Under the pieces are notes generated by a model. It was not told where the DNA came from, ran no database searches, and saw only the letters and a program-made list of their open reading frames with translations. This document shows positions 41,177 through 53,006 of a stretch of DNA of 64,000 nucleotides, piece after piece. The stretch is from Epiperipatus broadwayi (lineage: Eukaryota > Animalia > Onychophora), in contig JAQFVV010000005.1 in NCBI GenBank assembly GCA_028023455.1, positions 11,222,001 to 11,286,000 on the forward strand. Direction: 5' to 3'. The translations under genes were made by a program, and so were the position numbers. How positions within the stretch are numbered: the first letter of the stretch is position 1; each line of letters starts with the position of its first letter.

Positions 41177-44100
41177 AATTTAGTCTAGACAGACAGTCAA
41201 AACAATTAAATAAAGATTAATTATTTGACGAGTTATTTAGTAAACTGAAATCTATTACGGTAAAAAAATATATACATTTTTTAAATACATTAAAGATTTA
41301 CATTATTTAATAAAATAAAATTATATCAATGACATATTAAGAATATTTATTTAAACATTCTTTTGCAAAGTCATAGAATATATACATATTTTATCTTTTA
41401 AAATGAAGATATTTTAAAAATTAAGAACTTCGAGTATTAAGTTTTAACCAGGAAGTATGTATGTTAAAAAAAGTTTCACACATGCACTCCACACATACTA
41501 GTATTAAATTCTTTATCTAGAGATAATAATTTAAATATATTATCTAATTATTGTTTTAAAAATAATAAACTTTTTAATTAGCTAAGATTTTTTTTAAAAA
41601 TAAAACTAGATTACAATATTATTAAATCAGTATTTATCACTACACTTTAATTAACTATAAAATGCATTAAAATTAAATAATACTCTTTGTTGAAACTAGC
41701 CTCAATATTTAAGATCTTCTCTAAAGTTTAAACTTATTTTAAAGCTTATTTATGCCATTCTAATTTAATATGAGATATAATAGCTAAGAAAGGTAATTTT
41801 AGTTTTACTACTCTAACAAGATAAATTCATTTATACCTTACATCAATAATAATTCTATGCTTATGTACTTATAATAGTTAAATTATCAAATTTAAAGACT
41901 ATAAAATTACACTTATCTAAGTTATTACCATCTTATAATATCCATTATGAAGTGACTAATAAATTACATATATACTTTATTTAATAGTAAAAATTATTTA
42001 TTGGAAAATACATTATTTAATTATTTTTTTTAGTATTGTGACTTGACATTCAATTCTACTGCATTTTGAGCAGGAGATATTTTTTAAATTAATGTAATAG
42101 TAATTTTTTATATAAAGATAAAAAGCTAATTTATATATTTTAATGACTGAGAATAAATAATCTTTGTAATTCTGATAGTTTAGAAAAAAAAAAATTATAT
42201 TTCTTTATTAAAAAAAAATGTGGAAAGATTAAGAATGTTAATGTAAGAAAAGATAGAAATTAAAAAAAATATTTTTGTATTTTTTTTGATAAAATGAATG
42301 TTCTTTGTCTTAATACTGGTTAGTAGGAGAAGAATTATATTTGTATTTGTGTAAATTTATTTTGAGCTGTATTTAAATGAATGAATGTTTTTGGTAAAAT
42401 AAATGTTTTTTTCTCAATATTGGTTAGTAGAATATTTGTATAAATATATTTTGAACTGTATTTAAATGAATGGATGTATTTATTTTAATAAACAATTTTT
42501 ATTAAAAAATAATAAGTAAAAGTCTAAAATGGGATAATGGTAAAGATACCATGATTGTACTGTTTATTTGTGTATATAATTGGGTAAAAGGAATTGGAAG
42601 AGATTTTGGAAGCTGAAGCAGATAAGAACTGAGGAGTAAAATGGAGATTGCAATGGTGAAAAATAGAATAAGATGAAAAAAATCAACACAGTTTAAGAGA
42701 CTTTATTAACAATATTCAGGAGTAATTAACTAGTCTGAACAGCATCACCCATTTGTTCAAAAGGCCACTGTATTGTGAATTTTCATTAAATTACTATGGC
42801 AAATCATATTGTGGTTGAAAATTTTCCCATGATTTGGTAAAATCCTCATTAGTATGTTATTTGAACCTGAAGTCACATGGCCTTCAACAGAATAAAGAAT
42901 GAGTTGTGTCTACCAGTATCCATGAGCAATGTAAGATCAGTCTGTTGCCTATCATCTCTAGTCCAATTTTTAGATATTATACATGCAATCTATAAGTACA
43001 GCCATTATTCTTATTTATAATGATAAAAGATCTATCAAGTGACGAATCAGATTTTACACGATTATTGACTATTATATGTAAAATCAGACCAAAGATCAAG
43101 CATTTGGACAAAATACGGTTTACATTTTTGTGTCTTTTGTACCACTTTAAGATGTCATGGTGAACCATATGGGCAAAAAAATGTATTTTTTCACATCATG
43201 AGATCAAGCGTGCTTTTTTTTTTTTTTTTACCACTTTAAGATTATGAGTTCACCTTTAAGAATTTGTTCAAAATTTTTAAATTTTTTCCTAGATTCATAT
43301 CATTAGATGAACACACTTTATTTGTTTTTTTACCATTTTTAGGTAGAAGCTAAGCATTTGAACAAACCTATCAATTTTTTTCTCTCCCTTTTACTCCCCC
43401 CCCCCCTTCATTATAAGAGGGCAAAGCATGGCCTAATCTTTCTATTTTTTTCCTGCTGTCAGGTATTTATAGTTAATATTATAATTATTTATTGTTCAAA
43501 AATCTGCAAAATAAAATAAATATTCCTTATGTCATTATTTTTCATATTGTTATGATTGTACACATTTCACTCAAGCAAACATTTGCATTACTTTACGATT
43601 ATATGCATTTTAATCCTATATTATGCCACATATTTATTTTAATATTATATATTGAAACAGACACGTTTCACATATGTAATTTGAAGACACCCCCCCCCCA
43701 TTTAAAACTGTCTAGATAAAATTAAAAAAAGCTGACAGTTTTAAAAAATAAAAGTTAAAACAAAAAAATAAAAAGATGACAGCAATTTAAAAATTAATAT
43801 TTTTAAGATATTAAAAGTACTGTTAAAATGTAGTATTTTGCAAAAGTTTAATGTTTACAGATTATCAAAAAGACTGTAATTAACAGTTAATAAAAAAGAT
43901 TGCCCTGGGCATAAAAATCAATAGATGTTTTTCAAAAACATGAGATAAGAGTCATTAGAATCTATTCCCGCCAAAAGTAGATGGCCAATGAGAAAGAAAT
44001 AAACACACAGACCTCCATGAAGGTTAGTGCTAGATTGACCCAAAAACTGATAGATAAGAAAAGCATAAAGAGATAAATAGGGGAGTAGAGATTGCTTAGG

Positions 44101-44886
44101 AGATTTTTGTAGCAGGCATATTATTAAAAAGCATCAACAATGTTACTAGTGAAATCCAGATTATATGACTACTGGCCTAACATAGCTTGGAGCACTGTGA
44201 ACAATAAAAAGAAGAAACCTGTAACTAATAAAATATTAAATGAAGAAACAAGTGGTTAAAATATTATATCTTCAAATGTCTGGGTAATAGAAAATAGCTT
44301 TTCTCTCTCCTCTGGTCAATTATGAAGTAAAATAAAATCAAGGTCTGTGAACTGACCATCGACTTGTTGAGCTCTCGGAACCCCCCTTATTGATTGGAAA
44401 TTTATAGTGAATGCCAGCAGATGCAGGTTCAGATAGGGAAATTGTACGCCTTTTAATATTTTGTAAAATGTATTTATCAAGTTAAATTATATAATAATGA
44501 AATGTCTTTTTTTTTTTTTTAAATTGATTGATTGTAAGGAAATATATTTAAAAATGGAACACATTGAAGTAAGAGATGAATTAAAAATATTTTGTAAGAT
44601 GCTTGAACTAAATACGTAAAAATGATTTTGCTAATCTGAAAATAATTCTATAATGAAATTCATGCTAATTTGTATCTACATAAAATAAGATATTGATAAT
44701 GAAAATGACATTTATTATTTTACAACATGCTTGGATAGAATTAATTAAATCTAGATCCACACACATATAAATTAAGGAAATGTTTATGTAAGTGAATAAG
44801 AAATTATAGATTAAAAATTGTTATATACACGAACAATGATGAATAGGTATGCACATACCTGGAAAAAAAAAAGGTAGATGTGAATT

Positions 44887-45245
44887 AAGAAATATTAATA
44901 AAATGCGTTCAAATAATGACTTCAAACCACACTGATATGATGAATAAATGGTTCAAACCCACAGCTATATAACATATAAGAAATATTAATAAAATCCATC
45001 CAAATAATGACTTCAAACTGCACTGATATGATGAATAAATGATTCAAACCCTCAGCTATATAATATACTAAAAAATAATAAAATGCATCCAAATAATGAC
45101 CTCAAACCATACTGATATGATGGAAAAGTGGTTCAAATCCAGATCTATATAATATATTAAATAATAAAATGTGTCCTAATAATGACTTCAAAACCGCACC
45201 TATATGATGGACAAGTAGTTCCAACCCACACTTGTATGATATGTT
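44887..45245. repeat. Tandem repeat, 4 x about 90 bp, followed by 2.5 x about 26 bp (45250-45330)
   Basis: Unit aataaaatgcatccaaataatgacttcaaaccacactgatatgatgaataaatggttcaaacccacagctatataatat starting at about 44887, 44978, 45068 and 45156; then tacttcaagatacctggat twice. Confidence 0.85.
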
Positions 45246-45381
45246 AAATAAAACAACTACTTCAAGATACCTGGATTAAAACAAATACTTCAAGATACCT
45301 GGATAAATTAATTACTTCTATACACGTGGATATATATCTATGCAGATGAGGGAGCTTCAAACCTATAAGGATAATTCCCAC

Positions 45382-45868
45382 TCAAGAACGATCATAAAAA
45401 CATCCATTATGTGCACACGGATATGAAGACAGCCAATATAGAGACTGTCAGCAAACTTTTTCTTCTTCTTATTCAAGAACTTTATAAGTAATGTTGTTAT
45501 TAAATAAAATTATTGTTTCAAAATAAATAATACCTTTTGTCAATTTCAATTGCATCATTCATCCATTTATGCACTGGTTCACAAGAATCTCATGCCTTCT
45601 GAGCTATGTTCGACATAACCAGATGATGGTAAGTAAGTTTGTAGTAAGATGGAACTCTAGTGGCACTGTTTGGGAAACCAAACACATAAATTTCTAGATG
45701 CTTCCAGTCTCTTTGGCGCTATATCCTCTGATGATCAGGAAATATTGTTATAGGTGGGGTGACATTTGCATTGTGGAATGCCAATCGATAGTTCCTTCCT
45801 GCAATATGCTCATCAGGAAATAAAACCAACAAAGAATGGGGTTGGTCGGTACGTCCAGTTACAATATA
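45382..45868 (-). pseudogene. Degraded ORF of unknown family
   Basis: YIVTGRTDQPHSLLVLFPDEHIAGRNYRLAFHNANVTPPITIFPDHQRI*RQRDWKHLEIYVFGFPNSATRVPSYYKLTYHHLVMSNIAQKA*DSCEPVHKWMNDAIEID, frameshift, then KGIIYFET...EEEKVC*QSLYWLSSYPCAHNGCFYDRS*. Few stops for AT-rich DNA and protein-like composition; no family recognised. Confidence 0.35.
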
Positions 45869-48800
45869 TTATTTTACGATTCTACAATCTTTTTTTTAAG
45901 ATTATACATATTTCACTCATATGCATTTAAAATAAAATTTATGGGATAAATATATATACAGAAATTGGGCAAAATATACAGAATCCTTTTATATGTATTT
46001 TTGATAAAATATCTAAAATTGTTTACCTTTAAATGCTGTTTATTTACATTTTATTTTTTAATTTATTAATAATAGTGAAATTAAACAAAATACCTGGAAC
46101 ACTTATACATACTTTCAATAAAATATCTTAAATTGTTTATACATTTTAGGCACATATTCTACCCTTTATTACACCATATTCATGAATTTTAGTCATGTAT
46201 TTTTTTAAAAAATATATATATGTACATATTTACTATTATATACATTTAAGATAAAATATCATGTATACATATTGTAACAGTCAAACAATGTTACTTTAAA
46301 TGCTAGAGATATGTTAAAATGTTTAATGTTTACCTATAGTTTTGAAAACTCTTGATAATTCACTTGAACACTACTAGGTTCTTCCCAAACCTAAAAAATG
46401 ATTTAGATTCTTGGAAATATATTTTTCTATTTTAGGTTTTCTTGATATATCAAATAATATTATCCAATATATTTTCCTTTAGTACTATAAGATAAACATG
46501 CAATAAAAAACAAATTCATCTAGTACCTTACAAAGCCTCTTCTCACCTTTTCTCCATTTCATTCCATAACCATTACACAGCATAATTATTTCCAGTGTAG
46601 GTCAGGAAATCATGCTTTTCTCTGATCTATGTATTGAATGAACAACAAATAAAGAAAGCACATCTAAAAAAATGATTTAATAAAAATTACTAGGTCATTA
46701 TAGATTGATGATCCAATATCTTCCACTTCAACTTAATACAACTTATTTATTGATTTTCCATAGGGGTTACTTATCTTTCTATTAGTTTTACAAAAATACT
46801 CTCTAGTCATAAAAGACATTTGAAATGAGCTGAAACTTTCATTTTACACTCCGTAAATGATTTTTGTGAGCATATTATAGATACTATTGTAAATTTAACT
46901 TAGGTGGTTCATGATTTTGAAATATACTGTTTTGGAAATGAATTTCATCTCAGACATTTTACAAGATCTCTAATTATTGGTACTATTTCCTGATCAGTAG
47001 TTTTAAAATTTCTTAACCATTTAAGATCATCATCATAACAGTACAGAGATACAAATAAACAATAAAATTACTAACAAGTACATGTTTATAATATCAATCA
47101 ACATTTATCAATAATCAAATATGTATAAGAAAATTATAAATTCTTAATCAAAATGCATGCAAAATAACAATTTAAAGATCCTCATAAAAGGCACATATTG
47201 CAGAATTCTTTACTACATACAACAAAAATATAAAAAAACATCAAGACAATATATATATATTACTCAAGCATCTATATAGGTCTCACAGTACAGGACTGTT
47301 TTATCTGTCCATGAAAGCCAAATAAAAAATTAATTTTGATCAACTCTTTTCCCAATTTATATGAATAGACTAACAGCAAGTATATTCACTGATAAACAAA
47401 TAATAGATGGTCACATTATAATCAGACTTGTAAAACATAACTCATATGCAAATCTGCACTTAATTATTTAAATAAGTCTGCTAGTATTCTACTATGATTA
47501 ATTCAAATCATATAGACTACCGATGATAAATTATAAATGATTATTGTTATAAAAATAAATTCTGATTATTCAACCCTCTCTATCTTAATTTTTCACCATC
47601 TTTATGTCACTTACTGGAAGCTTTAGTAAGTAATTGACATAAAATTGATGAAAAATTATGTTGCTATAATAGCAATATATATAAGCTAGTGATGAGATAG
47701 TCAGGTGATATTATTTTCTATCTTGTTAACATTATTTAATTTAGTAAAACAGTTATAAATAATTTCAGATATTTCTAATATTGATATAAACTTTCAAAAT
47801 TAATAACTCAATTCATTTCCAAAAGCAAGCACCTAATGAATTGAATTCTCCATTATAGGTGTGCATTCACACATGTGCATACTTAGGCATTATTTAAGAA
47901 ATTTGGTTTTAGTAATTAAGAAATTTATTTAATTTAATCCTAATTTTAATTGTGAATATTTAGAATATTAAATCTTTATCATTTAATGCATTATTTGTTA
48001 TTTTTATCAAGCTCTTTTCTCCATAAAATAATTTGAAAATCATTTATATTTTTTTTCATATGCTAGTAACACCATAAAATATCTAATAAGTGCAATTAAG
48101 ATTGAACCTATAAAATATAATTTCATAACAAATTTAAATATAAAATACATAAGCTTATATATATAAATTCCAATGGAGAAAAAAAAATTATATCAGTAAA
48201 TTATTGCTAAATCTTATTCATTCCTTTTCTAAAGTTTCAGAAATAAGTTTGAGTAAAACAATTTATATGTAAATAACAGATTTGTTACCCAGCTTACAGA
48301 TGATTTTCCAAAGTAATCTTTGATTATTAGCTGAAATCATCTCTGAATTACAATTCAGTCTTTAAAATATTGTCAACAATTTTAAATCTCTTATGTAAGA
48401 TAATATATTTGACAAACATTTACTCTTGTAAAGTTTTCTATGCTGAGTAGTTTCTTGTAATTAGTTTGGAGTTGATTAACAGTAGGCAAGCATGGAAAGT
48501 AATATTCCAGATTCCACTTTGGCTGATGCAAATAATTTGAAATGCTATGGGTTTTTTATTTACTCATTCATAGTTTTTTTTTTCCATTTATTAAATATTT
48601 TAGTTAGCAATGAAGTTTTTTGCTTGTGTTTCACAGTGGTTCTTTTCCAAGCTATCTCTTTATAGAGAAATTCTGGATAAATAATAGATTACCTCTTAGA
48701 ACTGGAAGCATGGTGAATGAAAAACACAAGTTATTTTTGGCTTTTGTATAATTTAATGATAATTATCTTGGTTTTTCACATTGCATTAAATTGATAAAGA

Positions 48801-50261
48801 AGTCTGGGTAATTTACCCATCCATATACCAACTAATTCTTAAATATAATTAATTAATTTCATTATTTTTCAATTACCAAAATAGATTTAATTAAAACTTT
48901 TATCTTGAATTTTTGATCATGAACCTTAATTAAATCTGTTTGCCAGAAACCACAGACTTAACTACAAAAAAAAAAAAAACTTTAGATTTTATTTAAAACT
49001 GAACTTAGAAATTTCCATTATTTTAATCAATGTTGGACATTTAATTTCCATAAATATTTGAACATGCTCATACAAATAATTCAATCTGTCTCTGTGTGTA
49101 ATGTATACATGGGATACCAATGGAGCTTTAGATTATTATTATTAAATTTAATTAAAACTATACTTACAGCCAAAATCTATGCTATTGATCTCTGTCCTCC
49201 TGACCAATTTTATATTCCTCTTTTCTTACCTAATTTTGGCAACAGGTTATCACTGTCAATAAAGTAACCATTTTAATATGTATGCTGAAATTGGATCTAG
49301 AACATATATATATACTTTCAATAAAATATCTTACCACTTTATTGCTTTCTTGTATCAGTAGTGGTTTGATGTGTACATTGCGTAAAAGTGTCCCAGACTC
49401 TCATATTAAAACTACCTAATTTTTCACCAATTTCTGACAAACTCCGATTAAAATTTTTATTTGTATTATATGTTGAAATAAAAAAAATTTAAACATTGTT
49501 ATTCTTTATCAAATTTCTATTATATATGCAGTTTCCTGGTGACATAACACCTATAATAAGTCAACAATTGTACACATGCAGCTGAACATCAGTGCATATA
49601 CAAAAAATAAATATGAAAAAGAAATGTCTTTGTTTACACATACATATAGCAGTATTTCTTTGACTTATAAAAAAAATAAACTGAGTGCAATTGCAGTTCT
49701 CAGAAAAAAACTGTTCATCAATCCAATAACTAGGATTTCAGTTTAATATTCAATTACTTTTCATCTTTTTTCTTATTTGTCACTAAAAGAATGATTTTCT
49801 GATATTAAACCTCCACATGACTAATATAAATTAGCATACATTTATCTATTGTTCTTAGATATCGTATGAGACTATATATAATAAAATGATCTTCCCACCA
49901 TGAGGTAACTCTCCTGCAATGGATTGTGCCTAAATGCAGAAAGTGGAACCTGCTGAGACATTTTCACTTCTACAAATACTTTTATTACATTGTCTTTACT
50001 TATAATAGTAAAAAATTGTTTTCAAAAGAGTGGATTGGCTTGAATTATATTTTGAATGTTATGATGTCAAATTAGCAGTAAAATGAAATTACATACAAAA
50101 TTTGATGACACTATGTAACTTCATCTGAATTACTCAAAAAAAGTTGGTATTTCATTATCAGACATTAAAATAAACTCTAATTTTTCTTGAACTGTTAAAG
50201 GATATCAGGATTTTTAATGAGCTGTAAATTGCTGAAAAATATTATTAGAACAATTGAACCT

Positions 50262-50360
50262 AGTCTTGCATTGGTGGTCGAGAGGTCAGCGCAACTGCTT
50301 TGCAGGCAGTTACCGGGTTGCGGGTTCGCATCCCGGCCGATGCTATGACACTTAAAAAAA
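50262..50360 (+). mobile_element. tRNA-Ala(TGC)-derived short SINE
   Basis: agtctt-GCATTGG...ACTGC tttgcag GCAGT...GCGGG ttcgcat CCCGG CCGATGC-tatgacactt-A-tail; perfect 13-bp TSD aacaattgaacct at 50249-50261 and 50361-50373. Confidence 0.88.
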
Positions 50361-52136
50361 AACAATTGAACCTGCTACAAACTTAATTAAAAAAAAAACA
50401 AATTAACTGCAATTTATATAAATTATTTCTCAAATGCTTTCTTGTGTGTGAGGATACTATTATATATGTGATCAGTTACTGAATTATTAAATTCAGGAAA
50501 AACAATAGCTGAGATTTTTTTAGACTTGTTCTCAAGTCATTGACAATAAAGGTGAAAATTAATATTACTAATATAATTGCTATAGTATTGACAAATCAAT
50601 AACAGCAATTTGAAAATTAATAAGACTGACATTATTTTATAGCAAGATTTAAAAAAAGAGGAAAAATACTTTCTGTAAACATTAATGTGATCTCTCTAAT
50701 CTAATATTAATCACTAATAATTCAAAAATATACATATAAGATAAAAATTTTAAATACAGATATTTATAACTAAAACAAAAAATAAGTCACTTAAAAGCAA
50801 ACAAAAGTAGAAAATCGTTTATTAAACTTTAAAATATATCAAAATTATTAAAAAAAAAAACATCAACTTTTTTTGAATCATAATATTAACATAAAGAATC
50901 ATATATACATAGATACCCACATCAAAACAAATCATATGCAGATAGACATCCACATTAAAACAGAACTAAAATATTATTAAAAATTGTAGTTTTTAAACAC
51001 AACTCATTAATTTAAACTACTGATAGAGTTTGTCTATTTTCAAAAAAAAAAAGTATTGTACACTGCTGGAGATAAAAGACTTAACATTTCACTTGAAGAC
51101 TAACAATTATTCAATCGCATGACTCTTATAAATAAATAAATAAATAAAGTGAAAAATAAGAATTATAAAAAATAAATATGAATTATTTTTTGTTTTAACA
51201 AAGTATAGATCTTTGACATAAATATTAGCTCTCCGTTTAACATATATAAACTATATACATTATAAATCCAAACTCTGCTGAAAATTTAAAAAAATATTTT
51301 ATATATAAATACTTTTTGCATACTTTATAAATAATATTAATAACAATATATATAGAATATGCTTATATTTATATAAGCACAAAATTTAAATAGCAATAAT
51401 TAAAACAGTAAATCAAAACAATACTTAGTAAAAGTATCCAGATAATCGAAATTTTTGAATTGGAAGTGATGGGATTAATGGTAATCTACCTAATATTCTT
51501 CTTTTTTTTTTTAATAATAACAATTACTTTTGGAAAAACTTTTTTTGTAATTTAATATTTATAACACAAAATCATATACACTAAAGTAGAATATCTTTTA
51601 TATAATTATTTAATATAAAAAATTATTTCAAAATACCATAAATAAAAACAATAATCAGCAATGACTTATTTTTATAACAAAGTTTAATGTTTCACTCTTG
51701 TTTTATGATTGAAAATGGAATCCAAATATGTGTGAAAAGTTCATCATTATAAGCATAAAACTTATATTAATTTATAATACTCATATCTAAATGTTCATAT
51801 ATTCAAAAACAATGAAGCGTAACATGTAAAATGTGATAATAAACACACATATTTATGTGAAAGAACAAGTGATAATATTTTGAAAAAAAAAAAAAGTTTA
51901 AAATGAAAGTGAATCATGTCACAGAATGAAACAGTTGAAGGAACAAATACTTAGAAAAAAAAATTTGCAATGGGATATTTATTGCTATCAACAGTACGAG
52001 TATAAAAAATTGAATGAATGCATTCTTTCCTTATTAATATAAATTTTTTTATAAAGACAATCTATGATAACAATATTCAAATTCTAATTTTTAAAGAATC
52101 ACAGACAAATAAAATTTTTGAAGTGAATTAATCATT

Positions 52137-53006
52137 TCAAGTGACTTGTATAAAAATTTCATGATTAACAAAATGACTTGCTTCATGATGTTCTAAAATA
52201 CTTTTTTTAGAATTTTTATAATCACATAAATGACACTTGAACATTTCAAATTCAATGTTACAGTCTTTTCCTGTGAAATGTGTTTCTTGCATATTTAACT
52301 CCAATTTCAAAGTAAAATGTTTCAAACCATTTTTACTTTTTAAACAAGTATTTTGAGAAGTCACTTTGTAATTATAAAATATGCGATTGAAAGTTTGTTT
52401 TGTGTGAGTTTTTTCATGTACTTTTAAATAATTTTTTCTAACAGCCTTGTAGCTACAAAAACTGCAATGAAATGGTTTTTCTTTTTTATGAATTCTTTCA
52501 TGAATTATTAAATTATTTTTCTGAGCTGCTGTAAAATTGCACAAACTGCATTTGAAAGGTTTTTCCCTTTTATGAATTCTTTCATGTACAATTAAATTAT
52601 TTTTTGTAGCAGTTTTGTAATTACAAAAACTGCATAGGTATGATTTTTCTTCAGTGTGAATTCTTTCATGTACTTTTAAATTACATTTTGTAGCAAATTT
52701 GCAATTACAAAAACTGCATTGGAAAGGTTTTTCTCCTGTATGGGTTCTTTCATGTACTTTTAAATTACATTTTGCAGCAAACTTGCAATGACAAAAACTG
52801 CACTGGAAAGGTTTTTCTCCTGTATGAGTTCTTTCATGTATTCTTACAATAATTTTCTTCTCAGCTTTGTAACTGCAAAACCTGCACTGAAAAGATTTTT
52901 TCCTTGTAAAGAGTTCTTTATGCAATTTTAAACTATTTTTTATTGCAGTTTTACAGAATGTATGGTAATGAGAAAGTTTTTCTTTTATATGATATCTTTT
53001 ATGCAT
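52137..53006 (-). CDS. Tandem C2H2 zinc-finger protein (6 contiguous fingers plus detached terminal finger)
   Basis: 289-aa ORF with FQCSFC...HERTH-TGEKP repeats, degenerate fingers on both sides and terminal FKCHLCDYKNSKKSILEHHEASH; paralog of 13240-14736. The true start or upstream exon is unresolved. Confidence 0.92.
   Translation of the reverse strand: MHKRYHIKEKLSHYHTFCKTAIKNSLKLHKELFTRKKSFQCRFCSYKAEKKIIVRIHERTHTGEKPFQCSFCHCKFAAKCNLKVHERTHTGEKPFQCSFCNCKFATKCNLKVHERIHTEEKSYLCSFCNYKTATKNNLIVHERIHKREKPFKCSLCNFTAAQKNNLIIHERIHKKEKPFHCSFCSYKAVRKNYLKVHEKTHTKQTFNRIFYNYKVTSQNTCLKSKNGLKHFTLKLELNMQETHFTGKDCNIEFEMFKCHLCDYKNSKKSILEHHEASHFVNHEIFIQVT

Noticed and set aside
44887-45245. Possible CRISPR-like array
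   Set aside because: Whole units are homologous end to end with no unique spacers, the context is eukaryotic, and no cas genes are present. It is an ordinary tandem repeat.
45725-45820. CTGATGA words on both strands
   Set aside because: No valid helix II and GAAA arrangement; they fall within the decayed ORF (FPDH and FPDE codons).
46500-46900. Possible LINE RT remnant on the minus strand (LFIQYIDQRKA)
   Set aside because: Only one weak motif match; not enough to call.
50268-50343. Functional tRNA-Ala gene
   Set aside because: The D- and T-stems are disrupted, and the poly-A tail, 13-bp TSD and second dispersed copy indicate a retroposed SINE.
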